Assembly: GCA_035464095.1 (NCBI GenBank)
Contig: DATHSO010000198.1
Location: 12,071-76,070, forward strand
Length of the DNA: 64,000 bases
DNA from: Candidatus Methylomirabilota bacterium
GTDB taxonomy: Bacteria; Acidobacteriota; Thermoanaerobaculia; Thermoanaerobaculales; Sulfomarinibacteraceae
Direction of reading: 5' to 3'
Position 1 is the first letter of the stretch; each line of letters opens with the position of its first letter. Below are positions 9,591 through 17,917 of the stretch, piece by piece. The position numbers and the translations under genes were made by a program. Under the pieces are notes generated by a model. It was not told where the DNA came from. It saw only the letters and a program-made list of their open reading frames with translations, and did not search any database.

Positions 9591-10937
9591 TCAGGAGCTG
9601 AGAACCGCGCCGCCGAGCCGACCGGCGAGAAGCACCAGCTCCGACAGGTCGGGCAGTGGCGTCCCCTCCCGGTCCCCCACGAGCAGACCCTCGACGGTCG
9701 TTCCACCCCCCAGCGGGATGAGCGCCGTCGCCGCCGGCAGGCCGGGGACTCCGAGCATCGCGGCCAATCGCTGGGGGCCCTCGCTGGCGGGCTCGATCTC
9801 CAGGATCGGCTCGCCGGAGCGCACAACCCGCTCGATCAGGCTCAGGCCCCGGGGCAGCGCCCGCGTGCCCTGGGCCAGGGGGTAGCCGAATCCCGCCCGG
9901 CAACGGATGGCGGTCTCCTCCACGATCAGCAGCGCACCCCGGGACAGCTGGCCGGAGGCGAGCTGCAACAGCACCCCCACCGCCTGCTCCGGATCGGTCT
10001 CGTGGAGCAGTGCGTCGACCAGCTCGTTCACCGCTGCGGGCAGGCCCGGGCGGCTCGTGGCCCGCAGCGACCGCAGCTGCCGATCGACCACGGTGCCGAG
10101 GTCCTCGGCCCACCTGCCGTGGACCTCGCCGCCCTCGCCCGGCGGCACCGGCAGCAGGAAGGACACCCCGGCCGCCACCAGGTCGTGGACCCTCAGCGGA
10201 TCACCGAGCGGCGCCGTCCAGACCACCGGCAGCGGCGGCTCCATGCCGCGGGCCCTCCCGGCCAGCGCGATCCAGTCGCGGTCCCGACCGCCGCGGGAAA
10301 CGCCGGGCGCCAGGTGCACGACCAGGACGTCGAGGCCCTCGAGCGCCACCGGATCGTCGGCGGTCACGAAGCGGACCTCCCATCCCCGGCGACGCCACTC
10401 GTTCTCGAGGGCCCCGCGCCACGGGCGGGGATCCGGAGCGACCACTCCGACCTGGGCGAAGAGCAGCTCCTGGGGCGCATGGTCGGCGAGGTCGGCGAGC
10501 AGATCGCCCAGGGGGTTCACCGGCGGCTCGGCCGGCAGCAGGTGGATGTTGGGCAGGGTCGCCGACTGGGCGAGGTCCATGATCTCGCCTGCCACCAGCC
10601 GGTCGACCTCGATGTCGGTCAACCGGCCGCCCTGGAGGTCGCGAAGACCCGAGCGCACCGCGTCCGCGAAGGCGCCGAGGCTCAGGGACGGTCCCTCGAT
10701 GGGTGTGACCCGGCCGGGCTCGAAGCGGAAGGCCCCGTCGTTGCAGGCGAGGACCCGGCTCGCGGCCTCGAGCTCGTCGGCCGGCGGCACCGCCGTCCAG
10801 CCGTGGTCGATCTCCATCCGGATCGATCCCTCGTCGGTCACCAGCTCGAGAACACCGCTGGTGGCGGTGGCCGACAGCAGGCGCATGAGGGCCGGCGGCG
10901 CCAGATGCTTGAGACTGCCCGACAGGATCCGCTTCAC
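9591..10937 (-). CDS. DUF4388 (PATAN-like) plus GAF-domain protein
   Basis: The GTG start at 10937 follows GGAGGAGG and overlaps the upstream stop (GTGA). The N-terminus (LKHLAPPALMRLLSATATSGVLELV...) looks like DUF4388. The C-terminal roughly 150 aa look like GAF. Confidence 0.7.
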   Translation of the reverse strand: MKRILSGSLKHLAPPALMRLLSATATSGVLELVTDEGSIRMEIDHGWTAVPPADELEAASRVLACNDGAFRFEPGRVTPIEGPSLSLGAFADAVRSGLRDLQGGRLTDIEVDRLVAGEIMDLAQSATLPNIHLLPAEPPVNPLGDLLADLADHAPQELLFAQVGVVAPDPRPWRGALENEWRRRGWEVRFVTADDPVALEGLDVLVVHLAPGVSRGGRDRDWIALAGRARGMEPPLPVVWTAPLGDPLRVHDLVAAGVSFLLPVPPGEGGEVHGRWAEDLGTVVDRQLRSLRATSRPGLPAAVNELVDALLHETDPEQAVGVLLQLASGQLSRGALLIVEETAIRCRAGFGYPLAQGTRALPRGLSLIERVVRSGEPILEIEPASEGPQRLAAMLGVPGLPAATALIPLGGGTTVEGLLVGDREGTPLPDLSELVLLAGRLGGAVLSS

Positions 10938-11908
10938 GAGCCCACCTCCTCCCCTGACGCCGCCGCCGGGAGGCGCACGACATAGCTGTGGAGGGCGCCC
11001 GCACGGAGGTCGAGCTGCCGGCGCTCCACGACCCGTCCCTCGAGCTCGACCTCGAGCAGCCACCGTCCCGGCAGCAGGCTCCCGAAGGTGGCCTCCGGCG
11101 CCAGCACGGCGTGGCGACGGTCGCCGCCACGCTCGAGCCGCGCCACCACCTTCGGACCGCCGGCTACCCTGTCGAGACGGCAGACGAGCTCGGCGCCCAG
11201 GTCGGGGCGGACCAGCACAGTGCCCTCGCGCGGCAGGTCCCGCAGCTCGCCGCCCTCCGACCTGACGGTCGAGACCTCGGGCACGCGCTCCACGGCGTCC
11301 GCGAAGACCAGGTGTCTCGGGGTGATGGTCCACCAGCCCAGGGTCGGGTCGGTGGGGACCCACCCGGCTCCGGGCAGACGGCACTCGACCCATCGGTGCG
11401 GGATCGCCCGGCGGCCGTCGATGAGCAGACCGCTCACGGTGCGGGCCTCGAAGCCGGCCGCCAGCAGCAGGGCCGCGGTGGCGTTGGCAAGCCCGGAGCA
11501 CCGGCCGCCACGGGCGGCGATCACCGACGCCGCATCCTGGGGCCGCCGGTCGTCGGCGAGCAGGGCGAGGTTGTCCCAGACCCAGGCGAGGACCTCGGTG
11601 GCCGCCTGCCACGCGCTCATCTCCGGCCGCAGGCCCGTGCGCAGGTCGGCCGGCAGCTCGAAGCCCGGGGGCACCGCCGGTGCGCCGGCTCCGACGACAT
11701 CGCCGTACGAGCCCCGGGCGCCGATGGGGGTCATGGACGTCTCCACGTGAACGGTCACGGCGCCGTCCGAACGCTCCCGCACGTCGAGGACGTAGCCGTT
11801 GACGGCGTGGGCCGAGGGCAGCACCGGCCCGCGCACCAGGTAGACCGCCTGGTCGGCGCCGGCGATCGCCGCCGACAGGAGCGCGAGCCCGACCAGCCAG
11901 ATCCTCAC
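10934..11908 (-). CDS. Secreted transglutaminase-like cysteine protease-fold protein
   Basis: The GTG start overlaps the nusB stop (GTGA). It has a signal-peptide-like N-terminus and a Cys-His-Asp arrangement (GGRCSGLANA, HRWVE, PTDPT). Confidence 0.75.
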   Translation of the reverse strand: MRIWLVGLALLSAAIAGADQAVYLVRGPVLPSAHAVNGYVLDVRERSDGAVTVHVETSMTPIGARGSYGDVVGAGAPAVPPGFELPADLRTGLRPEMSAWQAATEVLAWVWDNLALLADDRRPQDAASVIAARGGRCSGLANATAALLLAAGFEARTVSGLLIDGRRAIPHRWVECRLPGAGWVPTDPTLGWWTITPRHLVFADAVERVPEVSTVRSEGGELRDLPREGTVLVRPDLGAELVCRLDRVAGGPKVVARLERGGDRRHAVLAPEATFGSLLPGRWLLEVELEGRVVERRQLDLRAGALHSYVVRLPAAASGEEVGS

Positions 11909-12318
11909 CGGCTCCCCGCCCTCCGCTTGACGAAGCCGTCGAGCACGCCGTTGACGAAGCGACCCGAGTCCTCGGCGCCGTACTTCTTGGCGATCTCGAT
12001 GGCCTCGTCGATGACAACCGCCGGCGGGGTATCGGTCTCGTAGAGAAGCTCGAACATGGCGAGCCGGAGGATGTTGCGGTCGACCGCCGCCAGCCGCTCG
12101 AGACGCCAGTGGGTGGTCTGCCGGGTCAGCTGCTCGTCGAGCTCGTCCAGGTGCTCGAGAGTCCCCCGCAACAGGTGGTCGGCGAAGGCCCGGACACCGT
12201 CTCCGGCTCCGGTCCACTCGTCGAAGTCGGTCTGCATGGTCTCGAGGTCGGCCCTGGTGTGTTCGTGCTGGTACAGCAGCTGGAGGGCGAGCTCGCGGGC
12301 GCGTCGGCGCATCCCCAT
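11905..12318 (-). CDS. nusB: Transcription antitermination factor NusB
   Basis: 137 aa with RELALQLLYQ and LERLAAVDRNILRLAMFELLY motifs. Sits directly downstream of ribH, as in many bacteria. Confidence 0.9.
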   Translation of the reverse strand: MGMRRRARELALQLLYQHEHTRADLETMQTDFDEWTGAGDGVRAFADHLLRGTLEHLDELDEQLTRQTTHWRLERLAAVDRNILRLAMFELLYETDTPPAVVIDEAIEIAKKYGAEDSGRFVNGVLDGFVKRRAGSR

Positions 12319-12330
12319 GGCGCCGCCCCG

Positions 12331-12792
12331 TCAGAGCTCCCGGACGAGGCGCGCCATCTCGACGGCCGCCAATGCGGCCTCCCACCCCTTGTTGCCCATC
12401 TTGGTGCCGGCACGCTCCACCGCCTGCTCGAGGGTGTCGGCGGTGATCACACCGAAGGTCATGGGGACGCCGGTGCTCATGGAGCCCTGGGCGATGCCCT
12501 TGGCCACCTCGGCGGCGATGAGGTCGAAGTGGGCCGTGCCGCCCCGGACCAGGGCGCCGAGGCAGACCACCGCATCGTGGTCGCCCGCGGCGGCCAGCCG
12601 ATGGGCCACGAACGGAATCTCCCAGGCCCCCGGAACGCGGTAGACGGTGATGTCGTCCTCTGCCGCGCCGTGGCGCTGCAGACAGTCGAGGGCCCCCGAC
12701 TCCAGGCGCGAGGTCAGGGCCTCGTTGAAGCGGCTGACGACCAGCGCGAAGCGCAGGCCCTTGGCGTCCAGCTTGCCTTCCTTGACCCGCAT
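12331..12792 (-). CDS. ribH: 6,7-dimethyl-8-ribityllumazine synthase
   Basis: 153 aa with [17 protein letters not shown] and [11 protein letters not shown] motifs. GGAGG ribosome-binding site. Confidence 0.93.
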   Translation of the reverse strand: MRVKEGKLDAKGLRFALVVSRFNEALTSRLESGALDCLQRHGAAEDDITVYRVPGAWEIPFVAHRLAAAGDHDAVVCLGALVRGGTAHFDLIAAEVAKGIAQGSMSTGVPMTFGVITADTLEQAVERAGTKMGNKGWEAALAAVEMARLVREL

Positions 12793-12846
12793 GCGAACCT
12801 CCAGAGAGCCACATTGTAGCCGCTTCGGGCGCGAGTGGCCATGAGA

Positions 12847-12887
12847 GCAATTCGTCGGACGAATTGCGGCGGCGCGTCGGACGCGCC
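12847..12887. repeat. Two adjacent perfect palindromes sharing a CGTCGGACG core
   Basis: GCAATTCGTC-G-GACGAATTGC (12847-12867) and GGCGCGTC-G-GACGCGCC (12871-12887). They lie between the stop of the R2lox-like gene and the ribH start, so they could be a terminator or an operator. Confidence 0.5.
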
Positions 12888-12912
12888 GACCGGCCCGGGC
12901 GGGACGCTGATG

Positions 12913-12976
12913 CGCTCCCGCTCACCCTCCCGCTCCCGACCGGGTTCGGGTCCGGGTTCGGGTCCGGGTCCGACCC
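12913..12976. repeat. Hexanucleotide tandem array (CGCTCC / CGGGTY units)
   Basis: CGCTCC CGCTCA CCCTCC CGCTCC is followed by CGGGTT CGGGTC CGGGTT CGGGTC CGGGTC CGACCC. The array abuts the stop codon at 12977. Confidence 0.7.
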
Positions 12977-13810
12977 TCAGCCGGCCACGGCGCGCTCGAT
13001 GCGCTTGAACCGGCTCTCGAACTGGCTGGTGGCGAAGTCGGTGAACTCGGCGAGCTCGAGGCCGAAGGCCATCTCTTCGTAGGCCTCGAAGATCTCGGAG
13101 ATGACTCCGATGGCCAGGGGCAGGAGCTCGGCCATGCGACCCTGGATGTCGTCCCAGACCGGCTCGCCGTGCTCGCTGACCAGGCGGGTCAGGAGGTGGA
13201 CGCCGTAGGCGATGTGGCGCGACTCGTCGGTCTTGAGCCGGTCGACGACCTCGAGCATGCCGGGCATGATCCCGTTGCGCTCGAGCATCGCGTGGTAGGC
13301 CCGGTACCCGGTCTCGGCCAGCACCCCCTCCACGATCAGGTTGTAGGTCACCGAGGCGCGGGCCTGGGCGGTCGGCGACGGGTCGTGCCGGAGCCGGTCG
13401 AGGGCCCCGGGCAGCTCCTCCTCGAAGAGCCGGCGGTAGCTCGGCGATCGGAAGCGGCCGAGGTCGCCCGGATCGACCACCACCTCCTCGAGGAAGCGGT
13501 GGAAGGCATCCACGTGCTTGGCCTCCTCCCACAGGAACGACGTCAGGTAGATCTCCTCCTCGATCCGGCCTTCGGAGGCGATCACCGAGATCAGGGGCAG
13601 CAGGTCGACGGCCACCGCCTCCTCCCCGCCCACGAAGAGGGACGTCAAGTGGAGCAGGGTCTCGCGCTCCCGGACGGTCAGGGCGAGCCAGTGCTCGCGG
13701 TCGCCCTCCAGGTCGATGTCGGCGGGGTCCCAGACGCCGAGCTTCTTGGCCTTCGCCCACAGCACCATGGGCAGTGCGGATCGATCCAGGGTTCTCGTCA
13801 GAGCCGCCAT
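12977..13810 (-). CDS. R2-like ligand-binding oxidase (ribonucleotide-reductase small-subunit-like di-metal carboxylate protein)
   Basis: Two metal-site motifs (WEEAKH and DESRH) plus additional Glu ligands in a ferritin-like fold of about 277 aa. ATG 13810 follows GAAGGG; the alternative GTG at 13819 is the ORF-track start. Confidence 0.8.
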   Translation of the reverse strand: MAALTRTLDRSALPMVLWAKAKKLGVWDPADIDLEGDREHWLALTVRERETLLHLTSLFVGGEEAVAVDLLPLISVIASEGRIEEEIYLTSFLWEEAKHVDAFHRFLEEVVVDPGDLGRFRSPSYRRLFEEELPGALDRLRHDPSPTAQARASVTYNLIVEGVLAETGYRAYHAMLERNGIMPGMLEVVDRLKTDESRHIAYGVHLLTRLVSEHGEPVWDDIQGRMAELLPLAIGVISEIFEAYEEMAFGLELAEFTDFATSQFESRFKRIERAVAG

Positions 13811-13853
13811 TGCTTTCACCCTTCAGCGCGCCGAGCGAGCGGTCCGGCGGCAG

Positions 13854-13934
13854 CTGCCCCTGCCACTGCCCCTGCCACTATCGCTGTCGCTGTAGCTGCC
13901 ACTGCCACTGTCGCTGTCACTGTCACTGCCACTG
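13854..13934. repeat. Hexanucleotide tandem array, 13.5 units of CTG-YCR (CTGCCA/CTGCCC/CTGTCG/CTGTCA)
   Basis: Read directly from the sequence in the spacer between the R2lox-like start and the stop of the upstream permease gene. It is followed by a GAAACCG...CGGTTTC hairpin. Confidence 0.75.
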
Positions 13935-13981
13935 AAACCGCCGCCGACCTCGGTTTCCTTCCGGCGGCCCCCGGCCGACCC

Positions 13982-15097
13982 TCAGCGGGAGAAGCCGATG
14001 ACCGCCCGGTCCGCGAGGTGCCGGCCGGCGTCGGTGGGCAGGACGAGCTCCCCGTCCCGCGCCACGAGCCCGCGCTCGCGGGCGCGCCCGACGACCCTGC
14101 GGGTCCACGACTCCCGCCAGCCCAGATGGCGGTGCAGGCCCCGCTCGCGGCACTCCTCGGCCTCGACGGGGGTGCCCTCGTGGTGCAGCAGGTGGACCAG
14201 CAGCATGCTGACCGAGAGGTCGAGCCGCTGGCCCGACCGCCGTCTCGCCTGGGCTACCAGCCCCCTCCCGGGCGCCAGCAGGAACGCGACGGCGAACAGC
14301 AACCCGCAGGCGCCCGCGATCGCGCCGGCGATCGAAACGTCGAGGGCCAGCGCCACGGCCCAGCCGACCGCGGCCCCGACCGCCGCCGCAGCCACCGCGA
14401 TCCCGACCATGGCGCCGAGCCGCTCGGTCAGGAGGTAGGCGGTCGCCGGAGGGGCGATCATCAACGCCACCACCAGGATCGAGCCGACGGCGTCGAAGGC
14501 GCCCACCGCCGTCAGCGAGACCATGGTCATGAGCCCGTAGTGGACCAGCGCCGGCTGGAAGCCGAGGAGGGCCGCGAGTGACGCGTCCACCGTGGCGAGC
14601 TTGAGCTCCTTCCAGGCGAGGCCGATGAACAGCGCGTCGAGGGCGAGGATCGCCCCCATGCTCCACAGTGCGGCCGGGCCCAGGTCGACCCCTCCCGGGG
14701 CGTAGCGGTTGAAGGGCGCGAAGGCGAGCTCGCCGAGGAGCACCGCGTCGGTGTCGAGGTGGACGTCGGACGCCGCGCGGGAGACCAGGATCACGCCGAT
14801 GCTGAACAGGGCCGGGAACACGATGCCGATGGACGCGTCCTCGGGAACCAGGCGGCTGCGGACGACGGCCTCGATGAGGGCCACCGTGACCACCCCGGTG
14901 GCCGCTGCCGCCACCAACAGCCATGGCGAGCTGAGGTCGCGGGTGACGAGAAAGGCGAGCACGATGCCGGGCAGGATGGCGTGGGCGATGGCGTCGGACA
15001 CCATGGCCGTGCGCCGGAGCACCAGGTAGGTGCCGGGAAGGGCGGCAGCCACCGCGGTCACCACGGCAATCGCGAGGATCTCCAGCTCGGCGGTCAC
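13982..15097 (-). CDS. Metal (Mn/Zn/Fe) ABC transporter permease, ABC-3 family, with C-terminal winged-helix-like extension
   Basis: 371 aa. The ABC-3 core shows SDAIAHAILPG and polytopic topology. An extra cytoplasmic tail of about 90 aa ends ...ERGLVARDGELVLPTDAGRHL. The GTG start overlaps the upstream stop (GTGA). Confidence 0.85.
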   Translation of the reverse strand: MTAELEILAIAVVTAVAAALPGTYLVLRRTAMVSDAIAHAILPGIVLAFLVTRDLSSPWLLVAAAATGVVTVALIEAVVRSRLVPEDASIGIVFPALFSIGVILVSRAASDVHLDTDAVLLGELAFAPFNRYAPGGVDLGPAALWSMGAILALDALFIGLAWKELKLATVDASLAALLGFQPALVHYGLMTMVSLTAVGAFDAVGSILVVALMIAPPATAYLLTERLGAMVGIAVAAAAVGAAVGWAVALALDVSIAGAIAGACGLLFAVAFLLAPGRGLVAQARRRSGQRLDLSVSMLLVHLLHHEGTPVEAEECRERGLHRHLGWRESWTRRVVGRARERGLVARDGELVLPTDAGRHLADRAVIGFSR

Positions 15098-16218
15098 GGC
15101 CTGTCCCCGCTGTGACGCGCCAGCAGCCGCTCGGCCTCGCGCCGGCCGATGGCGGTGGGCGCCCACAGACCGTCGCCCACGACGTGGGCCAGGCCCCGGG
15201 CCTCGAGGTCGGCGAGGGCCCGCTCGAGGTTGCTGCCGGGCGGGCTCATGGTGCGCAGGACCGCCAGGGCGTGGCCGTGGTCCGGGTCGTCGCGGTGCTG
15301 GCGGGACAGGGCGTACAGGTGCATGAGCACCGGGTCGAGCGCGGCCGCGGGCTGCAGCCGGCGCAGCCGGACCCGGCGCCAGAGCAGGCCGCGGCGGGGC
15401 GCCAGAACCAGGCTCATCAGAACGACGGAGCTGAGCACCAGCACGATGGTCGGACCCGTCGGCAGGCGCGGCACCACCGAGCTCAGGACCGCACCGCTGA
15501 CCCCGGCGACGACACCGATCCCGGCGGCGACCAAGACCATGGAACCGAGGCGGGTGGTGAGCTGGCGCGCCGCCGCGGCGGGTGCGACGACCATGGCGGA
15601 CATCAGGACCACTCCGACGGTGCGCAGGCCGATGACGATGGCGATCACCAGCAGGAGGGTGAAGATCCCGTCGAGGAGGGTCATGGGCCGGCCCAGGCTC
15701 GACCCGAAGGCGCTGTCGAAGGCGAGGAGCTGGAGCTCCTTCCAGAGCAGGGCCAGCGCCAGCAGGCAGCCGCCGCCGAGGATGGCCATGACGATCACGT
15801 CGGCGCGCAGCAGCGAGGCCGCCTGGCCGAAGAGGAAGGACTCGAGCCCCGCCTGGGCGGCGTCGGGCCGGCGCTGGATGACGGTGAGCAGCACCAGGCC
15901 GACGCCGAAGAAGACCGCCAGCACCATGCCGAGGGCGCTGTCGGCGGGGACCCGGCTGCGGCGGACCACGAGCCCGATCGCCAGGGTGCCCAGCCACCCC
16001 GCCACGCCCGCGCCGACCATGATGGGCAGCGGCGCCTTGCTGCCGGTGACGAGGAAGGCCAGGGCGATGCCGGGCAGGGCGGCGTGGCTCAGGGCGTCGC
16101 CGAGCAGGCTCTGGCGACGGAGGTAGGCGAAGCAGCCGAGCGCGCCGGCGGTGGCGCCGAGGACGCCGGCCCCCAGAGCCACGACCCGAAGGGTGTAGTC
16201 GGTGAGGAGGGCCGTCAT
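15094..16218 (-). CDS. Metal ABC transporter permease, ABC-3 family, with C-terminal winged-helix-like extension
   Basis: 374 aa. The ABC-3 core shows [11 protein letters not shown]. The tail of about 90 aa ends ...[32 protein letters not shown]. The ATG overlaps the upstream stop (ATGA). Confidence 0.85.
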   Translation of the reverse strand: MTALLTDYTLRVVALGAGVLGATAGALGCFAYLRRQSLLGDALSHAALPGIALAFLVTGSKAPLPIMVGAGVAGWLGTLAIGLVVRRSRVPADSALGMVLAVFFGVGLVLLTVIQRRPDAAQAGLESFLFGQAASLLRADVIVMAILGGGCLLALALLWKELQLLAFDSAFGSSLGRPMTLLDGIFTLLLVIAIVIGLRTVGVVLMSAMVVAPAAAARQLTTRLGSMVLVAAGIGVVAGVSGAVLSSVVPRLPTGPTIVLVLSSVVLMSLVLAPRRGLLWRRVRLRRLQPAAALDPVLMHLYALSRQHRDDPDHGHALAVLRTMSPPGSNLERALADLEARGLAHVVGDGLWAPTAIGRREAERLLARHSGDRP

Positions 16219-16979
16219 GCGTCGCTCTTTGCGGCCTTGAGCTGGGCGAGCATCCCCACCCGCCCGCCGAAGGTCAGGCGCAGGTTGTCCTCGGTGAAGA
16301 CCTCGGCCACCGGCCCGGCGTCGATGACCCGCACGTTGAGCAGGAGCACGGAGTCGAAGTACTCCGGCACGGTCTGCAGGTCGTGGTGCACAACGATCAC
16401 CGTCCGGCCCCGGTCGGACAGCCGATCCAGGACCTCGACGATGGCGCGCTCGGTCGGAGCGTCGACCCCCTGGAAGGGCTCGTCGAGCATCAGGATCGGC
16501 GCGTCCTGGACGAGCGCTCGGGCGAGCAGCACGCGCTGCTGCTGACCCCCGGAGAGCTGGGCGATGGGCCGACGCTCGAAGGCGCCCATCGCGACCTCGT
16601 CGAGAGCCGCGAGGGCCCGCTCGCGCTCGGTCCGGCCGGGGCGCTTGAACCAGCCCAGACCGCCGTAGGTGCCCATGGTCACCACGTCGAGCACGTCGGC
16701 CGGGAAGTCCCACTCCAGGCTCGCCCGCTGGGGAACGTAGGCGATCTCACCCCGGCCCCGCTCGAAGGGACGGCCGAAGACCCGAACCTCGCCGGCCACC
16801 GCCGGCACCAGCCCCTACGCGGCGTTGAGCAGGGTGCTCTTGCCGGCGCCGTTGGGGCCGACGATGGCCATCGAGTCCCCCGCCGGCACCGTCAGGTCGA
16901 CGTTTTAGAGCACCGGCTGGTCGGCGTAGGCGACGGTCAGGTCCTCGACCTCGAGCGCGGGCTGGCGGTCGGCGCTCAC
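16215..16979 (-). pseudogene. Metal ABC transporter ATP-binding subunit interrupted by two in-frame stop codons
   Basis: From GTG 16979 (overlapping the SBP stop) the frame reads [63 protein letters not shown]... The stops are TAA at 16905-16907 and TAG at 16815-16817, and they flank the Walker A motif. Downstream, LSGGQQQR and ILMLDEP are intact. Confidence 0.8.
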
Positions 16980-17917
16980 TCGGAGCTCCCCGAGAGCGCG
17001 CCGACGATGGTCTCGACGTTGGCGCGGACCGTGCCGACATAGGTCGCCGTCGGTCCGCCGGGCGAGCCGAGGGCATCCGAGTAGAGGCTGCCGCCGATGC
17101 TGACCTCGCCGCCGCGGGCCGCGACCGCCTCGACCAGAGCCTCGATGAATCGGGGCGACACCGACGACTCGACGAAGACCGCCGGCAAACCACGCTCGGC
17201 GATGAAGGCGGCGAGCTCCTGGACGTCGGCGGTGCCCGCCTCGGCGGCAGTGCTGATCCCGAGTAGACCCCGCACCTCGAGACCGTAGGCGCGGCCGAAG
17301 TAGGAGAAAGCGTCGTGGGCCGTGACCAGGACCCGCTGCCCCTCGGGGATGGCGGCGATCCGCTCACCGACCCACTCGTCGAGGGCCCCGAGCTCGGCGA
17401 TGTAGGCGTCGCCCCGGCTCCGGTAGCCCTCGGCGTGCCCGGGGTCGAGGCGGGCGAGCTCGTCGCGCAGGCAGGCCGCCGCCCGTTGCCAGAGCCCGAC
17501 GTCGAACCAGACGTGGGGGTCGTGGAGGGCCTCGTAACCCTCCACGGGAAGCAGCCGGTCGCCGGGCACGCACTCCGCCACCGCCACGGTCGCGACCCCG
17601 CGGCCCGCCATCTCCTCGAGGACCTCCGTCATCTTGCCCTCGAGGTGGAGCCCGTTGAAGACGACCACCTGGGCGGCCGCGATCGCCCGGACGTCGCCCG
17701 CCGACGGCTTGTAGAGGTGCGGGTCGACGCCGGCGCCCATCAGGGTCGTGAGCTCGACGTCGTCGCCGGCCACCGCCCGCACCAGGTCGCCGACGATCGT
17801 GGTCGTGGCCACGACCCGCAGCCGATGGTCATCGGACCCGCCCGGCGCCGGTGGAACCTCGCCGCAGGCGGTCAGGACGGCGAACGACAGCACCGCGGGC
17901 AACGAAAGAAATCTCAT
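16976..17917 (-). CDS. Metal ABC transporter substrate-binding lipoprotein (cluster A-I, PsaA/MntC/TroA-like)
   Basis: 313 aa. Lipobox-like LTAC. DPHLY, DPHVWFD and TAHDAFSYF motifs are typical of Mn/Zn-binding SBPs. Confidence 0.9.
   Translation of the reverse strand: MRFLSLPAVLSFAVLTACGEVPPAPGGSDDHRLRVVATTTIVGDLVRAVAGDDVELTTLMGAGVDPHLYKPSAGDVRAIAAAQVVVFNGLHLEGKMTEVLEEMAGRGVATVAVAECVPGDRLLPVEGYEALHDPHVWFDVGLWQRAAACLRDELARLDPGHAEGYRSRGDAYIAELGALDEWVGERIAAIPEGQRVLVTAHDAFSYFGRAYGLEVRGLLGISTAAEAGTADVQELAAFIAERGLPAVFVESSVSPRFIEALVEAVAARGGEVSIGGSLYSDALGSPGGPTATYVGTVRANVETIVGALSGSSE

Noticed and set aside
12793-12976. FMN (RFN) riboswitch upstream of ribH.
   Set aside because: Reading the minus strand of the spacer, I could not find the conserved RFN core segments. 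The region is instead made of palindromes and hexamer repeats.
13854-13934. CRISPR array interpretation of the tandem repeat regions (also 2366-2494, 19480-19610, 22081-22129, 25760-25877).
   Set aside because: The repeat period is only 6-11 nt with no unique spacers, and no cas genes are in the window. These are microsatellite or REP-like arrays.
16815-16907. Stop-codon recoding (TAA/TAG read as sense) as the explanation for the interrupted ABC ATPase.
   Set aside because: TAA terminates the exosortase and porin genes. TAG terminates dsrD, the NtrC-like gene and the PAS-EBP gene in the same window. A pseudogene or sequence error is more parsimonious.
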